This document shows, in pieces, positions 29,273-39,481 of a stretch of DNA of 64,000 nucleotides. Below the pieces are notes generated by a model. It did not search any database and was not told the origin of the DNA. It saw only the letters and a list, made by a program, of their open reading frames with translations. Origin of the DNA: Alphaproteobacteria bacterium (GTDB lineage Bacteria > Pseudomonadota > Alphaproteobacteria > UBA7887); the NCBI GenBank assembly GCA_965216755.1, contig CBDCGL010000011.1:4480001-4544000 (forward strand). Reading direction: 5' to 3'. Position numbers and translations under genes: made by a program. Numbering within the stretch: the stretch's first letter is position 1; each line of letters starts with the position of its first letter.

Positions 29273-29770
29273 GTGATTGCGCATATTCCGGGGTTGCGCC
29301 GGTATGCGCGGGCGCTAACTGGCAATGCCGACGATGCCGAGGACTTGGTTCAAGAATGCCTTGCGCGGACATTGGCACGGGACCATTTGGTTGCCCGTGC
29401 GGCGGATGCCCGTGCATATATTTACGCTATTCTTCACAACATTCACGTTGACCATGTCACGGCTCGTCGGCAATTGGTTGAGGGGGTGTGCCTGGAGGAC
29501 GTCGAGCGCACGGTTTCGTGCCCCGCCGGACAATTGGAGCGGTTGGCTGTGCGCGACCTGGAAGTAGCCATGGCGCAATTGCCGCATGATCAACGCGAGG
29601 TCGTTCTGATGGTCGGACTGAAGGGCATGAGCTATCGCGACGTGTCGCGTCAACTCGGGGCGCCGCTTGGCACGGTCATGTCACGCCTGTCGCGCGCGCG
29701 GGGAACGTTACGACGCCTGTTGGCGGGGCGCGGCGATGGCCAGGACGCAACTAGGGGCGTGGCGTCTTAA
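29273..29770 (+). CDS. ECF RNA polymerase sigma factor
   Basis: Region 2 LRRYARALTGNADDAEDLVQE; region 4 LPHDQREV...GMSYRDVS...GTVMSRLSRAR. Confidence 0.9.
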   Translation: MIAHIPGLRRYARALTGNADDAEDLVQECLARTLARDHLVARAADARAYIYAILHNIHVDHVTARRQLVEGVCLEDVERTVSCPAGQLERLAVRDLEVAMAQLPHDQREVVLMVGLKGMSYRDVSRQLGAPLGTVMSRLSRARGTLRRLLAGRGDGQDATRGVAS

Positions 29771-30803
29771 AGTAGTCGTATCGGTTGCCGGATTTGACGA
29801 TTAGCTCGACACCTGCGCTTTCGCGAATAATGGTCAGGGACACGTCGATGCCCGCATCGCCCAACGCCCAGAGCTTGCGGTAAAGGTCACTCAAGCCGCT
29901 GATGTTGTGTCCGCCCACGCGCAGGATCACATCGCCTGGCTTGATGCCGGCGCGGTCTGCGGGGCCCCCAATCGTAAGGTGCGTGACTACCAACTCGGCC
30001 GGCGTCGACATGGTAAACATGCCAAGCCATGGGCGCGGTCGTCTGGGTATCCGACCTTCGCGAACGAGGTCTTGGAGCAACGGACGAAGCAGATCGATGG
30101 GCACGAACATGTTGCCCTGGGCGGATTTGCCGCCTGTATCGGCCGTCGCATCCTCGACGAACAGCGAGCCGATGCCGGCCAACCGCCCCTCCATATCCAA
30201 GAGCGCCGCGCCACTCCAATTCGGGTAAAACGGCATGGTAAATATCGCGTCGTCTATCAGATACTCCCAGTATCCGGCGAACTCACGGCGATCGCTGACC
30301 TCGGCTTGGATGGCGTTCTCGACCCCTCCGTTGCCGGCCAATACAACTTTCTGCCCGGTCTTGATCGAATCTGATGATGCCATTTGCACCGGATCGACGC
30401 CGAGGTTGGCTGTCGCCCGCGCGAGCCCAAATCCGGTTTCAAAGTCGTAGCCTACAAACGTCGCCATCGTCCAATCGCCATCCGCCATCTCGATTTCGAT
30501 GGCGCGCGATTCGAGCAATAAATAGCCGATCGTGACGACCAAACCGGTTTCGTCGATCACCACCGCGCTGCCCTCGCGTTCCGTTCCCAGCAACTCGGCC
30601 GTATGGGCTTCCGAGGGGATTTCCGTGCGTAATCCGACCACGGCACTGGCGACATCTTGCAGCGGAAAGGGCACCTGCCCAGGGTCGATCGGCGTAGCTG
30701 GCACCAGGCCTGGATCGATTTGGCGCAGCAGCCGTTTCGGCTTGTGGCCGTTCATTTTGACGCTTTGCGAATTCGAATCTTGGTCTTCGTTGTTCGAGTC
30801 CAT
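29751..30803 (-). CDS. trypsin-like (S1C/HtrA) fold protein with C-terminal PDZ domain
   Basis: GSAVVIDETGLVVT, AALLDMEGRLAGI, PWLG, and GPADRAGIKPGDVI. Catalytic His and Asp not conserved; start uncertain. Confidence 0.88.
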   Translation of the reverse strand: MDSNNEDQDSNSQSVKMNGHKPKRLLRQIDPGLVPATPIDPGQVPFPLQDVASAVVGLRTEIPSEAHTAELLGTEREGSAVVIDETGLVVTIGYLLLESRAIEIEMADGDWTMATFVGYDFETGFGLARATANLGVDPVQMASSDSIKTGQKVVLAGNGGVENAIQAEVSDRREFAGYWEYLIDDAIFTMPFYPNWSGAALLDMEGRLAGIGSLFVEDATADTGGKSAQGNMFVPIDLLRPLLQDLVREGRIPRRPRPWLGMFTMSTPAELVVTHLTIGGPADRAGIKPGDVILRVGGHNISGLSDLYRKLWALGDAGIDVSLTIIRESAGVELIVKSGNRYDYFKTPRP

Positions 30804-31314
30804 GATCGCCTTGTCCATCCGCCCGCTCGGGTCGCGCATGCGGTATTGGACGCTATCCCAGCGCGGTTATCAACCGCACTGCTCAGGGCCGTGCCATCGC
30901 CGGGGTCAAAGGCCGTTTTCGCCACAATGAGGCCGCGCCAGAATTTCGGTTCGGTCTGCTCGGCGGCGAAGGCGCCCCCACTTTGGGTGCCATGGTGATA
31001 AATCAGGAACGGCGCGGTGTCCGGCGGGTGCCGAAGGCGCAGAAGGGCACGGGACAAGAGATGACGCGCGGGCTGCGCGCCGGAGCCTTCACCAAAGGGT
31101 GTTGCCACGCTGCCGAAACGTGAAGAGAACTAAACAATAAAAAACAGCATTTTGGCGAGAAATCTTGATCCGGCGGCTTTGGCTGCGATGGAGACGCTTC
31201 CTAATGGATTATCGCGGTTTGCCGTTTTTGCCCAGGAACGACCCCGTACGCCGGTCTGACCCGGGCGCAGACCGATTCCCTTGTGATGGACGATAGCCGA
31301 CGCCGATATGACGG

Positions 31315-31593
31315 CTATTGCAGCGTTAGGCAAATATCAGCGTGACGCAGCTCACGTTGTTCCAAAATTCCGACCGATCCGATGCGCACCGAATGAACTG
31401 GGCTGTCCAGGTTTTCATCCCAGAACTTAAGAAATCGTCGTAACTCAGGAAAACTGGGCGCGATGTCGTAGTCCTGCCAGACATAGGTCTGTAATAAGTT
31501 GGGATGATCCGGCATTCGGTAGGTAATTTCGGCGGTTGCCAGACGGTATTCCTGTCCGGGGACCTGCCTGTCATTATTGGTCAATATCGCCAT
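31315..31593 (-). CDS. usg: Usg family protein
   Basis: YRLATAEITYRMPDHPNLLQTYVWQDYDIAPSFPELRRFLKFW...VHSV. Divergent from groES. Confidence 0.92.
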   Translation of the reverse strand: MAILTNNDRQVPGQEYRLATAEITYRMPDHPNLLQTYVWQDYDIAPSFPELRRFLKFWDENLDSPVHSVRIGSVGILEQRELRHADICLTLQ

Positions 31594-31777
31594 GTGATCC
31601 TCGTCAGATTGTGGGCGGCACGCGGTGCCGCACATGAATGTTGTGTCTATACACGGCCGGGATCAACAAAAGGGTTATAAAAAACAATACTTTAGCAGCA
31701 AGCCCAGGAAGCTGCTAACAAGCCGTCGCAAAACCCCTTGACAGCTGCGCGATTGCCTCTTACCTGAACGCCCTGAG

Positions 31778-31804
31778 TTGGCACTCAATAATCATGAGTG
31801 CTAA
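31778..31804 (+). promoter_or_regulatory. CIRCE element (HrcA operator)
   Basis: TTGGCACTC-AATAATCAT-GAGTGCTAA, one mismatch to TTAGCACTC-N9-GAGTGCTAA, 55 bp upstream of groES. A CTTGAC -35-like element lies at 31737. Confidence 0.93.
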
Positions 31805-31859
31805 CAACGTTCTGAGACACTGATCGGTAAAAACCGCACAACGAAGGGGATTTAGCCGG

Positions 31860-32177
31860 ATGAAATTTCGACCTTTGCATGATCGGGTCGTCGTACGTCG
31901 GATTGACGAAGATGAGCGTTCCGCGGGCGGCATCATTATTCCGGACACAGCCAAGGAAAAGCCTATGCAAGGCGAAGTCACGGCCGTCGGCCCGGGCGGG
32001 CGCGACGAAAGCGGCAAGCTACAGGCGCTGGATGTCAAAGTCGGCGATCGCGTCTTGTTCGGGAAATGGTCGGGAACAGAGGTGACGCTTGATGGTGAGG
32101 AGCTCTTGATCATGAAGGAATCGGACATTCTTGGCGTGATCGAGGGTGCCGCAGATATCACCAAAAAAGCCGCTTAG
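31860..32177 (+). CDS. groES: co-chaperonin GroES
   Basis: [23 protein letters not shown], and KESDILG. Confidence 0.99.
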   Translation: MKFRPLHDRVVVRRIDEDERSAGGIIIPDTAKEKPMQGEVTAVGPGGRDESGKLQALDVKVGDRVLFGKWSGTEVTLDGEELLIMKESDILGVIEGAADITKKAA

Positions 32178-32201
32178 CCGAATAAATTGGGAAAGGAGTG
32201 A

Positions 32202-33842
<1,641 letters not shown>

Positions 33843-33893
33843 GACCCAAACAGAACTGGCGTCCGCGCGATCGGATGCCATTTGCCACATGCC

Positions 33894-33924
33894 AGGGCCG
33901 CATCGTTCATGCGGCCCTTTTTTT
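33894..33924 (+). terminator. intrinsic terminator of groESL
   Basis: AGGGCCGCAT-CGTTC-ATGCGGCCCT followed by a T-run. Confidence 0.88.
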
Positions 33925-34093
33925 GTGTGGTCGGCTCGGTTTGGCACGCGAAACGCCGAGATTAAACCGTCAAAAACAAGACCGGTAAAATTTGAACAAA
34001 CTTGCTGAACAATTCAAATAAATATCTAAGATAAAAGAAAGTAAGATCTGCTTTTTATTAGCAATGTGCGCTCGATATCAGTGTTTGATTGGT

Positions 34094-34200
34094 CTAAATC
34101 TCTATTAAGGCTATGCGTTGTGACCAATCGAAGCTTTGTTTGTGTCTGAACTTTTACCTCTGTGACTAGAGTCACTTCCGACAAGTTAACGGAACCTTAG
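34094..34200. promoter_or_regulatory. two near-consensus CtrA boxes upstream of the Tad cluster
   Basis: CTAA-ATCTCTA-TTAA (34094-34108) and TTAA-CGGAACC-TTAG (34186-34200), each one mismatch from TTAA-N7-TTAA, in AT-rich intergenic DNA. Confidence 0.55.
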
Positions 34201-34617
34201 TTTGTTTGCCGTGTAAAGCGGTAGTGAGAAATCGATTACGCCGCGATCACGTCCATGGTGATGACCGGCCGGTTATCAGAGGGGAACCAGCGCATGGCAC
34301 GGATAATGAGCCGCGAATGTACCGCCCTGCGGCGCTCGTCTTCGAAGTGCGCCGCGGTCGGCCCGCATTTCGGCTGGTCGCCGGGTCTGTATGACGATCG
34401 GCGAACGGAGACGCCACTATGACGAGAATATCGCCACGAAGACTCACCCGCGCAACCGCGCGCCGGAACCGAACCCCCGCGCAACTGGCGCGCGGACGGG
34501 CACGGGCAGGCACGCGCCGTCGCTATCGCGGCAGCGTGTGTGTCGAACGCGGTTTTGAGCGATGTCTCATCGGACTCGCCGGGTGACCACGGCAACGGTT
34601 GGTTTGGGACGCAGGGG

Positions 34618-35148
34618 ATGATTATCAGCGATGCCCTCCACATGCTCGCGATTGGGGCATTCGCGCTGGCGCTGGTTTGGGCGACGGTGACGGACTTCCT
34701 GTATTTGCGCGTCCTCAATGCCACCAGCGTGCTGATTGTGGCGGTGTATCCCCTTTATGTGGTGACAGCGCCCGCGGCGATTGATTGGCTCGGCGCGCTG
34801 GCTGTGGCCGGAGTCGTTTTCGCGGTTGGGTTTGTCATGTTTGTGCGCAACTGGTTTGGCGGTGGCGACGCCAAACTGCTGACCGCTGTGGCCCTGTGGG
34901 CCGGGCCGACGCACATTTTACCAGTTTTGCTGATCACAGGGCTTGCCGGGGGCGTCTTGGCGCTGGCCATGATTTCGCCGGCCAAATATCTGTTTGCCTC
35001 GATCTTGCCGATTGGGACGCGTACCCACGCCGGCGGCACCGTCGAACCGTCATCCGGTGAACACGCAAATCTCAAAATGAGCGTGCCCTACGCATTCGCG
35101 ATCGCGGTGGGCGGGCTATGGATCGTACCAAACCTAGTAGGACTATAA
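34618..35148 (+). CDS. cpaA: prepilin peptidase (A24), CpaA/TadV
   Basis: TD in the first TM, GGGDAKL, and VPYAFAI. Confidence 0.9.
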   Translation: MIISDALHMLAIGAFALALVWATVTDFLYLRVLNATSVLIVAVYPLYVVTAPAAIDWLGALAVAGVVFAVGFVMFVRNWFGGGDAKLLTAVALWAGPTHILPVLLITGLAGGVLALAMISPAKYLFASILPIGTRTHAGGTVEPSSGEHANLKMSVPYAFAIAVGGLWIVPNLVGL

Positions 35149-35204
35149 GCAATGGTTAGCAGCAAAACAGGCTGCCGTTTGACCGATATTTGCGAGGGTG
35201 AACT

Positions 35205-36182
35205 ATGAGAGCGCGCGCACTGTTTTTGCTTGTGTTCGCCGTTGTCGCGGCGGGTGGCACGGCGTATCTTGCGCGGGGGTGGCTTAACGCCCAACGGGCG
35301 CAAGTCGTCACGCCCGTTGAGCAGCCGAAAGAAGTGGCGAGCGTGTATGTGCTCGTCGCGGCGCAAACGTTGCCCACGGGCACGTTCGTGCGTGATCAGG
35401 ATCTGCGTTGGCAAGCTTGGCCGGACGAAGACATCCCCGAGAATTATTTGATCAAAGAGACGACCGACAAGGACGAGCTTGTCGGCGCCGTTGTTCGTGC
35501 GCGGATCGTGACCGGCGAGCCGATTTTGCCGGATCAGGTGGTCAAGCCGGGCGACAAGGGCTTCTTGGCGGCGGTGATCCGCCCGGGCATGCGTGCGCTT
35601 ACGGTTCATGTCGATCGTGCATCTGGCGGCGCCGGGTTGGTGTTTCCGGGCGACCAGGTCGACTTGATCCTGACCCATGGCATCGAGGTTGAGTACGAGA
35701 CCCAGGAAGACGGCAAGCAGAAGACCAAGTCGGTCGAGCACCAAGCGAGTGAAACCGTCGCACGGGGTGTGCGTGTCGTCGCTGTTGATCAGTACACGGA
35801 CGTACAAGACGGTGATTCGGTCGTCGCTAAGACGGCCACGTTAGAAGTGACGCCAAAGCAAGCCGAAGTGGTCGCCGTCAGCGCGGAGCTTGGCACACTG
35901 ACCATGAGCTTGAAAAGTTTGGTTGACACGCCGGAAAGTCTGGGCGGCCAAGAAGAGCTTATCTTGGTTGGGACACAGCCCGAGTCCGGGCCGGCGCCGG
36001 AACAGCGGTCCATGAGCCTGCCGGAGCCACAGCCGTCGGAACCCAGCTACACATGGGACAGTGACGCGAGCAACCTCATCACCCCGCCGGGCACGGTTGG
36101 CGGCAACCGTCATCAAACGCCAATTACGGTCGCGCGCGGCTCGGAGTCGGAATCAGTGAATGTCGACAGGGTCAGCAAATGA
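35205..36182 (+). CDS. cpaB: Flp pilus assembly protein CpaB/RcpC
   Basis: N-terminal TM, SAF domain, PGMRALTV, PGDQVDLIL, VRVVAVDQ, and TLEVTPKQAE. Confidence 0.93.
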   Translation: MRARALFLLVFAVVAAGGTAYLARGWLNAQRAQVVTPVEQPKEVASVYVLVAAQTLPTGTFVRDQDLRWQAWPDEDIPENYLIKETTDKDELVGAVVRARIVTGEPILPDQVVKPGDKGFLAAVIRPGMRALTVHVDRASGGAGLVFPGDQVDLILTHGIEVEYETQEDGKQKTKSVEHQASETVARGVRVVAVDQYTDVQDGDSVVAKTATLEVTPKQAEVVAVSAELGTLTMSLKSLVDTPESLGGQEELILVGTQPESGPAPEQRSMSLPEPQPSEPSYTWDSDASNLITPPGTVGGNRHQTPITVARGSESESVNVDRVSK

Positions 36183-37576
36183 AATTGATGTCTAAAGCCT
36201 CTGTGGCGGCACTGCTTGTTGCCCTTACCACAGCCATTCTCGGCGATCTCGGATCGGCCGCTGCGGAGAGCATCGTTGCGACCCGTAGCGAACCCATCGT
36301 GGTCGAAGTCAATCGCGGGACTGTGGTTCGCTTGGCGGCCTCGGCTAGTCACGTGTTTGTCGCCAATCCCGAGGTTGCCGACGTTCAGGTCAAATCGGAA
36401 CGGCTACTCTATATTTTTGGCAAAAAAGCGGGTCAAACCACTGTTTATGCGGTCGGGCCCGATGACACGGTCTTGATGCGCCGCGATATTGATGTCACAC
36501 ACAATCTTGGCAGCCTCAGCCAAGCCATTGAACAGATCGTTCCCAATGGCGTGGTTGCTGTTGAATCGGTGGAAGGCACGATCGTCCTAACCGGCCAAGT
36601 CGCCACGGCCGCCGAAGCGGAGACCATTCGCGCGCTCACCGCCAACATGGTCGAAGAACGCGAGCATGTGATCAATCAAATCAATATCACCGGGCCAAAC
36701 CAAGTCAGCCTGCGCGTCAAGATCGTCGAGATGCGACGGGATGTCGGCAAGAAACTGGGGATAAACTTTAACAATGCTTTACGTCTGCGCGATGTTGGCT
36801 CAGACGTGGCCTTCGGTCTGTTTACGCCGGATATCGGCAATCTGGTCGACAATATCCCGGTCAACCAGGCGAACTTGTTCGTCAACAATGCGGCCACAGA
36901 CATTGATTTGATCTTTGATCTGTTGGACCGCGAGAACCTGGTGTCGGTCTTGGCCGAACCGAATCTGACGGCCATTTCCGGCGAGACCGCCAGTTTCCTG
37001 GTTGGTGGCGAATTCCCCATCCCGATCTCGCAGCGTGAAGATCGTATCACAATCGTGTTCAAGGAATTCGGTATCAAACTGGCGTTTACGCCAACGATGG
37101 TGAGTCGGAACCGAATCAGCTTGAACGTGCGTCCGGAAGTGAGCCGATTGTCCGATGAGGGCGCGATCGAGCTGGCCAACATTCGGGTCCCAGCTTTGGC
37201 CACCCGGCGTGCCGAAACCACAGTGGAATTGGGCAGCGGGCAGAGCTTTGCAATTGCCGGCCTGCTTTCGAACGATACCCAGAACGAGATCAAGAAATAT
37301 CCCGGTTTGGGCGATTTGCCGGTTCTGGGCGCGCTGTTCCGTTCAAATCAGTTCATTCGTAACGAAACTGAACTGGTCATCATCGTCACACCGCTGATCG
37401 TCCAGCCGGTCCGCCAGCAGATGGCAACGCCGATGGATGGATACACCGTGCCGAACGATGTTGAACGCTATTGGGAAGGTCGGCGCTATCGCCAGGGTAT
37501 GCCGATCCCGTCCGGTGGGCCCGCCACGCGGTCCAGTGGCGGCATTGTCGGTCAAGCCGGTTACACGCTGTTCTAG
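36179..37576 (+). CDS. cpaC: secretin CpaC/RcpA
   Basis: VFVANPEVADV, BON-like domain, LAEPNLTAISGETASFLVGGEFPIP, and PGLGDLPVLGALFRS. Confidence 0.95.
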   Translation: MKLMSKASVAALLVALTTAILGDLGSAAAESIVATRSEPIVVEVNRGTVVRLAASASHVFVANPEVADVQVKSERLLYIFGKKAGQTTVYAVGPDDTVLMRRDIDVTHNLGSLSQAIEQIVPNGVVAVESVEGTIVLTGQVATAAEAETIRALTANMVEEREHVINQINITGPNQVSLRVKIVEMRRDVGKKLGINFNNALRLRDVGSDVAFGLFTPDIGNLVDNIPVNQANLFVNNAATDIDLIFDLLDRENLVSVLAEPNLTAISGETASFLVGGEFPIPISQREDRITIVFKEFGIKLAFTPTMVSRNRISLNVRPEVSRLSDEGAIELANIRVPALATRRAETTVELGSGQSFAIAGLLSNDTQNEIKKYPGLGDLPVLGALFRSNQFIRNETELVIIVTPLIVQPVRQQMATPMDGYTVPNDVERYWEGRRYRQGMPIPSGGPATRSSGGIVGQAGYTLF

Positions 37577-37590
37577 GGAGTAGGCAGATT

Positions 37591-38259
37591 ATGTCGATAG
37601 CAACCAAACCACTGCGCGCTCTTCTGCCTATCGGGGTGGCGCTCGCCACGCTGACGGCAGTTTCCGGATGCGCCAATGTCAATGAGCAATATCGTTCCGA
37701 CAACGACAGACCAAAGGAACTGCAAGTCGATCTGGTAAAGATGCATCACGCGGTGCGCTTCAACAACGGCAGCACGGATATCGGCCAAATGGAGTTGGCT
37801 GAGCTTGACATGTTCCTGCAACGGATCCGCCTGGAACGCGGCGATCAGATCTTTGTCAGCGGGCTAGGTCCGGTTGACCCGTTGACTGAAGACCGTGTGT
37901 CGACCGTTGTGAGTCAACTCGGCGGCTGGGGCGTTCCCGCGCGTTTTGGTGGCCGCGTCGCCGGTGGAGCACGCACCGATGGACCCACGGTCTTGGTCAC
38001 GGTCGAACGGCATGTGATCATCTATCCGGATTGCCCGGATTGGGAGAAGTCCGCCGTTGGCGATTTCAAGAATACGCCCGGCAGCAACTTTGGCTGCGCG
38101 AACGTCACCAATTTGGGATTGATGGTCGCCGATCCGCGCGACTTGCTCGGCGGACAGCCGATGACAGAGTCCGACGCCACCCGGTTGGCGGCGGGAGTCG
38201 AGCGATATCGCAATGACGAAACCAAAGAAATCCTCGTCGAGGAGTCGAAAGTAGAATGA
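37591..38259 (+). CDS. cpaD: pilus lipoprotein CpaD
   Basis: VSGC lipobox; CPDW...NFGCA...NLGLMVADPRDL. Confidence 0.92.
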   Translation: MSIATKPLRALLPIGVALATLTAVSGCANVNEQYRSDNDRPKELQVDLVKMHHAVRFNNGSTDIGQMELAELDMFLQRIRLERGDQIFVSGLGPVDPLTEDRVSTVVSQLGGWGVPARFGGRVAGGARTDGPTVLVTVERHVIIYPDCPDWEKSAVGDFKNTPGSNFGCANVTNLGLMVADPRDLLGGQPMTESDATRLAAGVERYRNDETKEILVEESKVE

Positions 38260-39473
38260 CCGCGCTCGCAACGCGTCCAAACGGCAAGGGGCAAGCCGGC
38301 GCTCAGCGGCCGTCCACTGTCACCGCTTTTTTGCAGGATGATCAAAGTCGTCAGGTTATCGAACAGGTCCTTAACGGGCGACTTTGGCCGTCGAACGATC
38401 TTCGCGTCGGCGAAGTGGACGACGCCGTTCAGTTTCTGACCGACCACGAATCGCCAGATGTATTGATCGTCGATGTGTCCTCGGCGCGCAATCCGGCCAC
38501 GCGCGTACAGTTGTTGTCGAAGCTTTGCGCAAGCAGCTCACGCATCATCGGCATCGGCGAGATCAATGATGTCGATCTCTATAGGCAGGTTCTGGACGCC
38601 GGATTGGTCGACTATTTGATCAAGCCATTGACCCCCGAGTCGGTCGAACGCGCTTTTGACGCGGAGCCGCGGCAGTCAGGGGCCGCCATCGCCAGCAATA
38701 AGCGTTTGATGGCATTTGTTGGTGCGCGCGGCGGCGTTGGCACGACAACGATTGCTGTCAGCACGGCTTGGCTGCTGGCTCACGACTATGCGCAGCAGAC
38801 GGCACTTGTGGATCTAGACCTGCATTTCGGGACTTGTTCCTTGTCGTTGGATCTGCTGCCCGGGCGCGGGTTGCGTGAGGCACTTGAGCATCCGGAACGT
38901 ATCGATACGTTGTTTGTAGCCCGTGCCATGGTCAAGGAAAGCGACAATTTGTCCATCCTTGGTGGCGAAGAATCGCTTCATGAGAGCGCGCAGCTTAACG
39001 GCCATGGGCTCGAAATGCTGCTTGCGGAGTTGCAGCAAAATTTCGATCAGATCGTAATCGACCTCCCGCGTGACATACTGATCGCGTTTCCGCAGCTGCT
39101 TAACGCCATCCAGAAATTGGTCGTTGTGTCCGATCTGTCCTTGCCCGGCGTTCGCGACGCGTTGCGTGTGCTGACCTTGGCGAAGGATTCGGCGCCTGAT
39201 CTGGACGTACGCATGCTGGTCAATCAAGCAGGTCGGAGCAAGTTTGACGGTCTGCCTGTGGGCGAGTTCGAACGCGGCATTTCGGCGAAGATCGATTGGT
39301 TGGTGCCGTTTGATGCCAAAGCCATGGGCACGGCGAATAAACAAGGTCGTTCGGTGGTCGATGTTGCGCGCAATTCGAAAATGGTTCGCGAGCTGCGCGC
39401 CATGTGCGAGGCGCTCTCGGGCGCCGTGCAACCGAAGAAGCGCACCATCCTTCCGTTCAAGAAAGCTAGCTAG
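38256..39473 (+). CDS. cpaE: CpaE/TadZ (receiver-like domain plus MinD-like ATPase)
   Basis: NDVDLYR, DYLIKP, deviant Walker A GARGGVGTTT, and DLDLHFG. Confidence 0.93.
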   Translation: MTALATRPNGKGQAGAQRPSTVTAFLQDDQSRQVIEQVLNGRLWPSNDLRVGEVDDAVQFLTDHESPDVLIVDVSSARNPATRVQLLSKLCASSSRIIGIGEINDVDLYRQVLDAGLVDYLIKPLTPESVERAFDAEPRQSGAAIASNKRLMAFVGARGGVGTTTIAVSTAWLLAHDYAQQTALVDLDLHFGTCSLSLDLLPGRGLREALEHPERIDTLFVARAMVKESDNLSILGGEESLHESAQLNGHGLEMLLAELQQNFDQIVIDLPRDILIAFPQLLNAIQKLVVVSDLSLPGVRDALRVLTLAKDSAPDLDVRMLVNQAGRSKFDGLPVGEFERGISAKIDWLVPFDAKAMGTANKQGRSVVDVARNSKMVRELRAMCEALSGAVQPKKRTILPFKKAS

Positions 39474-39481
39474 CGAGCGGT

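Noticed and set aside
29241-29276. Out-of-frame ATG before the ECF sigma with a G6 run, suggesting phase variation or frameshift
   Set aside because: The run is short, and the GTG at 29273 yields complete regions 2 and 4; cannot be distinguished from chance without reads.
34206-34724. Short ORFs upstream of cpaA as candidate pilin
   Set aside because: Arg/Pro-rich translations with no prepilin cleavage motif or hydrophobic helix.
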